DNA of 64,000 nucleotides from Octopus bimaculoides (lineage: Eukaryota). Shown here piece after piece: positions 42,272 through 52,481 of the stretch. Location of the stretch: contig NC_068984.1 in assembly GCF_001194135.2 (NCBI RefSeq), forward strand, positions 104,837,658 through 104,901,657. Direction: 5' to 3'. Numbering within the stretch: the stretch's first letter is position 1; every line of letters starts with the position of its first letter. The notes beneath the pieces were generated by a model. That model was not told the origin of the DNA. It did no database searches and saw nothing but the letters and a program-made list of their open reading frames with translations. Both the position numbers and the translations under genes were made by a program.

Positions 42272-42480
42272 TATATATATATAAATAATCATTGATTTCC
42301 TACTCTCCATTTTCTTTTCTTCATTTAACTGGATATAAACTATATGCTTAATATATACCTTTTGCTTCTAGGGAATTTCATTTCCGAACAATTCTAGGTA
42401 TTGAACCAATATTTCTTTGGATGTAACCATCCCTTTATGAGGTTAATACATTCCTCTAATTAAATTTGTGAGTGTGTGTG

Positions 42481-42528
<48 letters not shown>

Positions 42529-42884
42529 CAAAATAAGCAACAAGGATATCATTTAGAGTCAGAGGAAGAGGAGAGAGAGTAAATGACAGAGTAGTTATGG
42601 GATGAAACAAATGAGAAATTTGTTTCATTTAATTTCATTTTAAAGTAATAAATATTTTTTTTTTGAAAATTAGTATTCATTTTATCATTTTGTATAAGTA
42701 CCAAGAAATTTGATAAAAGTGAAATTGCAATTATTGTATGCCATATTTCCTGATATTATCTATGGTTGCAAAAGTAAACAACACACTAGTTTAACCATGT
42801 TCTACTAGTGTACTTTGTTGTTGTTTAGTCGCAGGTCAAACCTTATTGAGTTGATCTCTGATCAGAGGCATTTCTGCTTTGACA

Positions 42885-43113
42885 ATTTCACCTGAAGAGG
42901 GTGCTAGAGTTTGAGGTAAATGGACAGTAAAAGCGAGGTAGACCGAGGAAAATGTGAAGGGGGCAGGTGAAGGAGGAGATTGGGAGGGTTGGTTTGAGAA
43001 GGGAGGATGCCCAAAACCAGGAAAGATGGAGAGATGGTGTGACGGTGGTTGCTATGGCACTGAGGTAGATCTGGCAACCACTGTTAACAGGAACAAAACC
43101 CAGATTCAAAATG
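42885..43113 (+). mobile_element. RTE 3' end fragment (third family)
   Basis: LKRVLEFEVNGQ-KRGRPRK...EDAQNQERWRDGV; ends in GAT repeats. Confidence 0.75.
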
Positions 43114-43118
43114 ATGGA

Positions 43119-43175
<57 letters not shown>

Positions 43176-43251
43176 NNNNNNNNNNCAAAGTGACTCAAGA
43201 GCCAAGAGTTTCATACCTTGGTACTTATTAAATTTTGATAAGTTCAAATAA

Positions 43252-43290
<39 letters not shown>

Positions 43291-43806
43291 AGTTGTGTTT
43301 TGATTCCCACTTTTTTTTGTTTGTACTACCAAACCTCTGCGTGCGTGCATGAGAGAGAGAGAGAGAGAGTGAGGGGGAGAAACAGATAAATATGTATTTT
43401 GAGCAATTTTCAAACCATGGTGGAATTGTTGAATTAGCCATGCAAAGAAAATGATGTATTTGTAATGGCACCAAGGAAATAAAATTACAACGAAAAAACA
43501 ATGGTTGTAGGAAATATTCCAAATGATGTATATTTTAATCTTGTTTAATTATACTATTTTAGCTAAGAAATTGGCATTTGCTCAATCAATAGCAATAACA
43601 TAATAATAACTTTTCTGATGACATTTCAATTCTCTGCATTAAATCTTCTTCTGAAGTTACCAATAAACTTAATGCTAATATCAAATTATGAAAAGAACAA
43701 AAATGCAAGCATGTGACAAATTTAGCAATTGAAGTAAATACATGTCTGAATGTCATAAACTAATGATGTGATCTATGAATATTTTTATTAGCAATAACAA
43801 TACTGA

Positions 43807-43808
43807 CT

Positions 43809-43884
<76 letters not shown>

Positions 43885-43902
43885 CTCTCTCTCTCATCTC
43901 TC

Positions 43903-43990
<88 letters not shown>

Positions 43991-44020
43991 CTCTCTCCGT
44001 CTCTCATCTCTCTCTCTCTC
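43807..44020. repeat. Higher-order (TC)n microsatellite with periodic CA interruptions (~15-nt unit TCATCTCTCTCTCTC)
   Basis: Read directly; translates as (LSLIS)n. Confidence 0.9.
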
Positions 44021-44730
44021 ACTGTCTATCTGTTTCCCTTTCTCTCCGTGCTTATTCTTTCATACTACAATGGTACTTGACTCTGGAGTAGCTAGTTGCA
44101 TATTTCCATCAATGCTCACCTGCCATAATTATTTCTTTTTGTATCACCCCAACTGTGTCTCTATTCACCCCAATTGCAGGCCCTGCAACAATCACTCTGC
44201 TCAATCCTCCCTCCTAGAATACCAAACTTCAAGAATTTCCACGTTACCTTTGTGTTTTATGTTTTTTTCTTAAAGTCTTCCTGATGAAGATAAACACTAC
44301 TGATCTGACTTACCTTGGTGTTGAAGGTGGGGGCCTATGATGATTATAGGCATAGCTCTTCTCCAGACTAAACTTTAAAAGAACAATCTAGTTTCTTTCA
44401 ATAGCACAAAAATACACAACCACTTCTTACATCAAGGAAACAAACTTTACCTTATTCCCACCAGTCTTGGATAACATCCTAAACTTTGTAAATGTTTATT
44501 CTAACAATCTCTAATTGTAGTAACCTTATATATTAAAGCTAAAACCTGCAACCCAAAAACTAGTTTCCCCTCTTCAAGGACAGAAAATACTCCAACTCTG
44601 ACCTTCGACAAAACATCAAATAAGACCTACAATAGAGTAGTACTCCTAGATCTAAGACAGTACAGATACTAGACATGCACATTCATTCATGCATGCATGT
44701 ATACATGCACACACACAGACACATGCGCGT

Positions 44731-44769
<39 letters not shown>

Positions 44770-45049
44770 TTTTAGACAGCACCTAAAAGAAGCCCATCAG
44801 TCTGAATAACAAACTCTCACAAGTAAACACAGGGCAAAAATATTTCCTCTCCTCCTCTGACTAATTTATTTTTAAAAGATGACCCAACTTCCCATCTGCA
44901 ATCATAGTTTCACACAGGATGTTTATCTCTGTAACCACGTACATACCCACAGATAAATGCATGATGCATAATCTTTTGTTTTTTGACTTCAAAGAAACAA
45001 ACAAAATTTTAATTATTTTTTTTTTGAGCAACAACTATAATGTGCTTAC

Positions 45050-45180
45050 CAAGAATATCCATCTGGTCCTAACTTAGTTGTAATTACTGTTCTTTTGGTC
45101 AGTATTATTTCTACTTTATCAATATTATTACTCTGGATTGCTTTCAAAAGTTTCTCATCTATTTTAGTCCAATCATATAT
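45050..45180 (-). CDS. RAI14: Exon of ankycorbin/UACA/ANKRD24-family ankyrin-repeat gene (N-terminal exon, IYDWTKIDEKLLKAIQSNNIDKVEIILTKRTVITTKLGPDGYS)
   Basis: Polypyrimidine tract and AG acceptor (ttttttcag at 45181-45189), 131 nt open, donor TG|GTAAGC at 45049. The peptide resembles the family N-terminus as I recall it ([25 protein letters not shown]...). The phase-2 end joins the 29939 exon to give GYS-C-FHVAC. The symbol is family-level only. Confidence 0.85.
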
Positions 45181-47465
45181 CTGAAAAAAATAAAAATAAA
45201 AATAAAAACATATGCACAATATTAGAAATAATTCTAAAAACTTTCTTGATTGGTTAGCCAAGGAATACAGAGACAGGGACAAACCAATAATAAACTCTAA
45301 CAATCCAAAAGATCATATATAAAATCCCAATATACAACTATTATATAATTTCTCTGGCCAAAGGAGAGAAATATCTATGAAATAAAACATCAAATAAATC
45401 AAAAACAAGAAAAACTAAACAATGACAATGAATAGAAGTTGATTGCACAGATGTATTGTATGGCAACAAGCACAAAAATGCTGAATGCCAAAAATGTACA
45501 TATTCCCTTCATTTTTTTTTTTATGACTGTATTCCTGTCTCTTCTTAATTCTGTTAAACTGCAATAAAATTGTCTTCCCAAAATCAACTTCAACTCATTA
45601 AATCAATGCATTAAAATATATCTTATATTTACTTACATATATATCTTTTCATTTTCTTTCATTATATAAGCATAAACACACTGTAGTCTTTCAATTTCTT
45701 CTTAATTTCTAATAATAAACCTATGTTGCATAAGAAATCATAGTAGAGTTGGAAGAAGCAATTGTAGGCGAACTTTATTTTGAGTAGGCATTGTGTTAAG
45801 TCTTAGATGAACTAATTGCATTGATCAATGTGAGATCAAGTTAAAATAAGAAATAATAGGAGAGTCTGTAAGGAGAAACATTTCTTTGTTACTTTATTCT
45901 ACCTTAAAAGATCCTGTTAATTAGGACAACTATTACTTGAAAATTTATGTATTTATTTTTTAACAATCTTCTCTTAACAACTGGAATCAGTTATTTTAAG
46001 ATTCTTTTTTTATTGCATGCTTAGATTATCTTTTAAGTCAAGTGTGATTGCCTTGATACTAAAAATATATGAAATATACTAAAATCAAAGGAAAAGCAGA
46101 AGAAATGCCATATGTAGTCATTAATTTCTATATTAATATGTTTGTGAATAAATAACTAAATATTGATTTGATTGGAAATTGCAGCCTTTTTAAATTCAAA
46201 TAATGGGTGCAGCAGTAGAAGTATTATAAAGAGAAAATGATAACAATAAATTTGTATTGAAGAGAAAAATTTCAATAACAATAATCTGTTTATCAAAATT
46301 AAACTTGATGATGGATAGAATGAAAAATATAAAAAAAAACAAAAAACAAACCAGACTGATCATAACATTCAATTTCAAATGTGTGAATACTTGTATGAAT
46401 TGATAAAACTATTTTGTCAGTTATTTATATCAATGTTTGTGGAAACCATATTACAATGCTATTGTGATAGGTGTATTGTTGTATATGACAGTAAAATCAT
46501 GAATGGCTTGGAAGAGAAGAGTTTGATCTGATAGGCATGTAGAATATGATCAAAGATTCAGTGATCTCCAATGATAATCAAGAATAGTTGCAAGTAGAAC
46601 TTATTGAGTTGGCATGATCACATAAATAGAATGGATTATGAGCATTGAGAAAGTGAGGAAATGTAGTTTGGCATATTATTGTTGACAAATAATCATTGCA
46701 TATGATGAAGAAGACATTATTTGTTTTGGCGCCAACTTCAATAGAGTGAAGCAGGGCCAGAAATTAATCAGAAATTGAAATATGTTGATAGATTGACCCA
46801 GAAAGTTCATGTAACACCAACAAAAATTGACATTAAACCAATGATGAGAAGGAATAAATGTGAAAGAAGCAATGGGGAAAATTATTCTGGAATTATGACA
46901 AAAATTTACTTGTATCTGGTGAATGAAAAAGAGTGAAGTCTTATTTCATATTTCAGTACAAATAAACATTTATATTTAAAGCAAACCTCTTTGATATAAA
47001 ATTCCAAATGAAATGAAGTAACCAACTACACAAAATACAATGCAAAAAAAGTTGTTGTTTTTTTCTTTGTTCCTAGAAAGAACACCTAGGCTGTTAGATT
47101 AATCAAACATTATATTCATACTACGCCACAAAAATTTGTTCAAAGAAATATTAATGTAAATAGTCAGTCAGAAAATATTTCCTTTCATTAACCAGAACCA
47201 TAACATCAAAAATTACTTTAGACGTATTATATTTTTGTAAAGTAAGCTATTTAAGCTTTATAGCTATGTTGGCAAATCTCCACCAATCCTTACAGAAAAT
47301 GGAATTTTACCAGATTTTATTTTATTTTCATTGAAATATCATTTTCTTCTTCTTCGGTGAAATCTACTCGTAAGATAATGTACCAATAACCTTTCACAGT
47401 TCTCATTGCATGTATATTTTGAGAATAGACAGAAAGACAATTAACAGAACCTGTAAAATATTTAC

Positions 47466-47491
47466 CTGAAATTTCATTGTCTCTACATTGT
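47466..47491 (-). CDS. Candidate upstream micro-exon (..NVETMKFQ), possibly carrying the start codon
   Basis: ttcttcag|ACAATGTAGAGACAATGAAATTTCAG|gtaaat. It ends in phase 0, matching the phase-0 start of the 45180 exon. Supported only by splice signals and phase. Confidence 0.25.
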
Positions 47492-47796
47492 CTGAAGAAT
47501 GAGATAAAAGCTCAAATTAAATCCAAACAGTTACAATTGTTTGACTAAAATAATCCTAGCAATAATTGGTCCAATTTCAGTTTATAGCTGGAATTTCATT
47601 TTATTTGTTTGCAGTTATATAATTGCAACATTATTTTATAGGAAATGTAAAAAATTAAACAACTTTAATAAAATGTTAGTTAAATGTATGCTTCAAAATC
47701 GAGAAATACTAGAGTAGTAAAAAAGGAAACTTCATTTACATTTCCAATAATAAGTTTTGGAAAAATATCAGCAATACTTTTGATGAAGGGTGTTGC

Positions 47797-47852
<56 letters not shown>

Positions 47853-48030
47853 AGTGTGTGTTCATGCATGCGTGTGTTTGTGTGTATGTGTGTGTGTGTG
47901 GATTAGTGAATTTTTGAGATAACAAAGTGGAAAAGAAGATACTCAATACATAAAGTAGAGAGCTTATTTTTTTTATTACAAGCAAAAGCTATGATTGAAT
48001 ATATATATAGAAAACATATGTATATTATAA

Positions 48031-48079
<49 letters not shown>

Positions 48080-48082
<3 letters not shown>

Positions 48083-48735
48083 GCTGAGGACATGCAAGAG
48101 CTTGAAAGAAATGAAGCCAGTATGCTTTGTTGGGTGGATAATGTTAGTGTGTGACAGTGTAGTGATTTAATAGAGAAAAACTGGGTATCAGACGTAGTGT
48201 GCCAGAGGGAATGCTGTTATGGTCATGTAATGTGTATGAATAAAGACATTTGCATCATGAAGTGCCAAGCTCTAATTGTGAAGAGAATGTGTGGTAGGGA
48301 TAGACCCAGAAAGGTGTAGAATGAAGTGGTGAGAAAGGATCTCTAGATGTTGGGCCTCACAGAGGGGATGACAGGGGATTGAGACTTCTGACGGTTTGCT
48401 GTGCTTGAGAAGACACATCAAGCTAATTAAATATGTAGTCATCCTTGCATACAGGCATGTTCCCTGCATTCCTCTTCAGCCAAGTGTTCCTAATCTTATG
48501 GGCTCAAGGGTGCTGGTGCCATGTAAAAAGCTCCAATGCCAGTTCCACGTAAAAGTCCCTGTGCTAGTGCTGCGTAAAAACACCCAGTACACAGTACACT
48601 CTGTAAAGTGGTTGGTATTAGGAAGGGGACCCAGTCATAGAAAACATGCCACAGCAGACATGGAGTCCAAGTAGTTCTCCAGCTAACCAGCTTCTGTCAA
48701 ACCGTCCAACACATGCTAGCATGGAAAACAGATGT
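48080..48735 (+). mobile_element. Decayed RTE 3' fragment with 3' UTR
   Basis: LERNEASMLCWV...GRDRPRKV; shared 3' UTR terminus. Confidence 0.8.
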
Positions 48736-48889
48736 CAAAAAAATGTATAGGTGTGTATGTATATATCTATATCTAGGGGCATTGCTGATGAGAACCTAAT
48801 AAAGTTATCCCTGTTCTATATTTAAGAGATGAGGAATTATGTGCATTATTTACATTCAACGAATATTTGTCCTCATCTTGTTTGTTGTT

Positions 48890-48935
48890 AATACAATGTT
48901 TTGGCTGATATACCCTTCAGCCTTCTTCAGGTGTC
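48890..48935 (-). ncRNA. Degenerate minimal type I hammerhead ribozyme motif (left arm)
   Basis: GACAC CUGAAGA A GGCUG-loop-CAGCC AAAAC AUU GUAUU. Stem II is intact; G12 is changed to A. Confidence 0.6.
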
Positions 48936-48987
48936 TTTGGGAAATTTCGAACCTGGGTTCTCATTCCTAAGGTATTTTTCAATGTTG

Positions 48988-49028
<41 letters not shown>

Positions 49029-49288
49029 GTTATTATTATTATTTTTCAGGTCACTGCTTGGAATCAAACTTGGAATCTTGGGGTTAATAGCCCATGCTCT
49101 TAACCACTACACCATATGCCCGCGCTCTTAGTCACTATGCCATATACCAATGGGCACAGGCTACTAACCCCAAGATTCCGAGTTCGATTCCAAGCAGTGA
49201 CCTGAAAAATAATAATAATAATAATAATAACAATAATAACATCGAAAAATACCTTAGGAATGAGAATCCAGGTTTGAAATTTCCCCAA

Positions 49289-49331
49289 GACACCTGAAGA
49301 AGGCTGGAGGGTATATCAGCCGAAACATGTT
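49289..49331 (+). ncRNA. Degenerate minimal type I hammerhead ribozyme motif (right arm)
   Basis: GACAC CUGAAGA A GGCUG-gaggguauau-CAGCC GAAAC AUGUU. Core and stem II are intact; a 3-nt deletion affects stem III and the cleavage site relative to the left arm. Confidence 0.65.
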
Positions 49332-49615
49332 AACAACAAACAAGATGAGGACAAATATCCGTTGAATGTAAGTAATGTAAATAATGCAAAGTTATCCTTG
49401 TTTATATATCTACAATACAGGTTACGAATATTATATTATACTATACCTTGATACTGTGTGAAATGAGATCCTTGTTGACAAGCCTCTGACATTAAATAAA
49501 GTGTTAACACTTATGGTATGCAAACTAGTAGCTCCAGTTCTCAGTAGCTATTGAAATTGTTTAATATATAAACAGATTGGCTGCTTGTTTTCCTGGGATT
49601 AGTCAAATTGATGAA

Positions 49616-49665
49616 GACACCTCTGATGGGAACCAAATAAGGTTTGAAAATTGATTAAGGCTGTT
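49616..49665 (+). ncRNA. Second-family type I hammerhead-like motif
   Basis: GACACCU CUGAUGG GAACC aaauaa GGUUU GAAA A uuga UU A AGG c UGUU. All three stems can pair; A9 is changed to G. Confidence 0.55.
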
Positions 49666-49799
49666 CATTATTATTTTCAGTCTATGGAGAAATAGCTAAA
49701 TCATCTATTACATAGCTTATGTATATCTACGTATCTATTGATATATATAAATAAATTAATGAATGATAAACGAACAAGTATTATATAATCATTTTCATT

Positions 49800-49843
49800 A
49801 GCTTACAGCTGTTTCTGCTATAGGAAACATTGCACACAGAGCT
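49800..49843 (-). ncRNA. Third-family hammerhead fossil
   Basis: AGCU CUGUG UGC..GCA GAAAC AGCU GU A AGCU. Palindromic stem III ACAGCUGU; the core lacks two A residues. Confidence 0.45.
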
Positions 49844-51623
49844 GAGTGCTCACTACACTGCTTGGTTTGTTTTCATCTCAGTAACTTACAGTTTGCCAAA
49901 AGCGATCAATAGAATATGTACCTAACTTCAAAATGGTATTCAATGACTGAAACAAGTAAAAAGCAAAAGATATGCACCCACATAAAAGTTACATGTATAT
50001 TACATATATGTGCATACATACATCATCTCCTTCCTCAGAGAAAGAATTTGAATAAAACAGGAGAGAATATATATATATATCATAAATATATGCATCAACT
50101 GCACAGTTTGAATATCAAGGATTTTAATTTTCAATTTTTACACAAAATATAGCAAGACAATTCTAATTCTCTATTCACATGTTACTGCATAGTGGGTAGT
50201 GTATTCTTATTTTGGCTAAGTAGAAATTAGCTATAGAACTGAGAGTTAACATATCTTCTCAATTTCAATGTAAAAATGATTGCAACAGTTCTATTAAGAA
50301 CAAAAAGAAATTTAGCAACTAAATTTTGAAAGAATTAATTTGATATGTAAAACTAAATTACTTAAAGAAAAAAAAAAAAAGAGAATCTTACATTGAATTC
50401 AGAATAAACTCAAATTTCTGTCATGAATAAAATTGATGAAGACAAGCATATTTAATAATCTCAAATATATTTTTAATTGTGTTAAGAAATGAGATTTCTG
50501 ATCATTAATAAGTATGATGTTGAATATAATTTTATAAATACTTACATTTTATTACTAATTGTATTCTTTTGTTTTATACTCTATAAATTGCAACAAAAAG
50601 AATGGTATGTTTCTCATAAGGTACACAATGAAATGCTTATTGTGTACTTGAACACAAGGTCTATGTCCTTGCAGTTTAGCACCTTATCCACTCAGCCCAG
50701 ATGCTAATCTAATTATGTGGAATTACTTTACCTTTGCTTCACTTCTATCTTTTAATGAAAGAAGCCACAAAGTTTGAGGGGAGGGGGTGAGAAATAAAGA
50801 AAGAAAAAGTAGGAAAGAATTAATGGGGATAGGTAGTTCCTTAGAAGATACTTTTAATAAAAGGTAGACCAAAATAAGAATTTCTAGTGGTGGTTGCTAA
50901 AAATCTTGGATATATCCTACTGATAAAGCAACATACATACAAACACACAGACATACACACAAACGTACACATATATACATATATAAACAAGACATCAATG
51001 ATTTCTAAGGATCCAATAAAAATCTAGAAATGTTAATGTCTTTTCTTTCTGCTTGGCCCCACTGAATTTGTTAAGATTTGAAATAAGAGAATTTCTTAGG
51101 TTTCATAAAATGGCATTGAAATTAGTTTTGAAGATGATGATGGTAATAATGATGCTGATGATAATGATGATAAAGATGTGAAAGATGAGCAGGAGGAGGG
51201 GAAGAATCATACAGATTATGATGAGGAAGAAGAGAGAAATGGAAGATGACAGTGGTATTGTTCAAAGCAATTCTGTCAAACATATACTTGTCCAGACAAA
51301 CAATGTATAATAGTTTCAAACAATGCATAAATGAAGAATTATTGTGGATTTTAATTTATGAAGATTTATTTAACAAATATTTGAACAAAAGCATTTTTTC
51401 AGCTCCTTTAACAGAACACTGAAAAAAAACAAACTAAAAAATAAATAGAACACTGTATTACAATGCTAGAGCATAATATGTAGAAGCATGAGTTTCATCT
51501 GGTAGCAATAATAGCATCATTGCCTTTCACATACTTTTTGGATGCTTGTGACAATATTTTCATTTTCACATGAACAAGGCTTAGAAAGTGAAGTTTTTAA
51601 TCTTGTGTTTAGATCTATTTCAT

Positions 51624-52481
51624 TGTGTTGAGTCAAAAGTTACAACAAAAGAAGCCTAGCACATAAAGTAAAGGCCATCATGTTGCACCATCAGAAACCA
51701 CCTCTCTGACTGTTCTTTAATCCCACACTGATACCAGCTCTTGTTCTTCAACTTCTTCACTGAAGCTTCCACTCCTGTTTGTTGATGAAGCATCCTGAAC
51801 ACAGAAAGTGAGTCATGGATCAGAGCAAGTAATAATCTGAGTGAGATATTTTTCCACAATCCTAATGTACATAAGCTGTGTTTAAGCAAGGGCCAGCTTT
51901 CAAAACCTGTTGCCAAGCATGAGAGTTTCAAACACTAGGTGATGTTCTGTATTCAGTGGAGCCAGGAGAGGATAATTCACTATGAGTTTGTTCCTGATTG
52001 CCAAGCCATCGATGCCAACTTGTACTCTGAACAGCTAGAGCAGGTGTATGCTATTGTGTAGCAAAAATACCCAGTATTGGTTAACAAAAGGTGAGCTCTT
52101 CTGTAGCAAGATAATACAAGACCTCACACTGCTTGAATGACCTGGAATAAGCTCCAGGAACTTGAGAGAGTTGAACTGATGCCACACTCAGCATATAGCC
52201 CAGATCTAGTTCACTTAAATTATTAATTGTTCCAATCCATGGCTCCCTTCCTGCACTTGTGATGTTTCATCAACAAAGAAGAGGTGGAAGCTTCACTGAA
52301 GGGATTCTTTACCTCGAAGGACAAGAACTTGTATCAGATGGACTCAAAGAACTGGCTGAAGAGTGGCTTTAGACAGTGTAACACAAAGGCTTCTAAATTG
52401 AATGCAAAGCTGCTTTTATTGTAACTTGATGAATAAAGCAAATAAATTAACAAAATATTACAAAACTTTTGATTCAACACA
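51624..52481 (+). mobile_element. Rearranged mariner with the 3' end present at both termini (long inverted arms)
   Basis: Plus strand: IIHYEFVPD...QDNTRPHTA...PHSAYSPDL...EASLKGFFTSKDK. 51624-51800 is an inverted copy of 52255-52481. TIR tgtgttgagtcaaaagtt / aacttttgattcaacaca followed by TA. Confidence 0.85.

Larger units (their letters stand above)
48813..49387. mobile_element. Head-to-head inverted pair of a tRNA(Ser-like)-headed SINE with (AAT)n spacer and Penelope-like hammerhead 3' domain
   Basis: Left arm on minus (head 49045-49122), right arm on plus (49152-49387; B-box gttcgattcc at 49182). Flanked by the direct repeat AAAGTTATCCYTGTT at 48801-48815 and 49388-49402. Confidence 0.9.

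Noticed and set aside
44281-44330. CTGATGA-AGAT..ATCT-GAC, hammerhead-like
   Set aside because: No GAAA after stem II and no credible stem III. At most a very old Penelope end.
49045-49122. tRNA-like sequences here and at 11690, 20990 and 36046 as tRNA genes
   Set aside because: They run straight into repeat bodies and lack a complete acceptor stem or oligo-T terminator; they are SINE heads.
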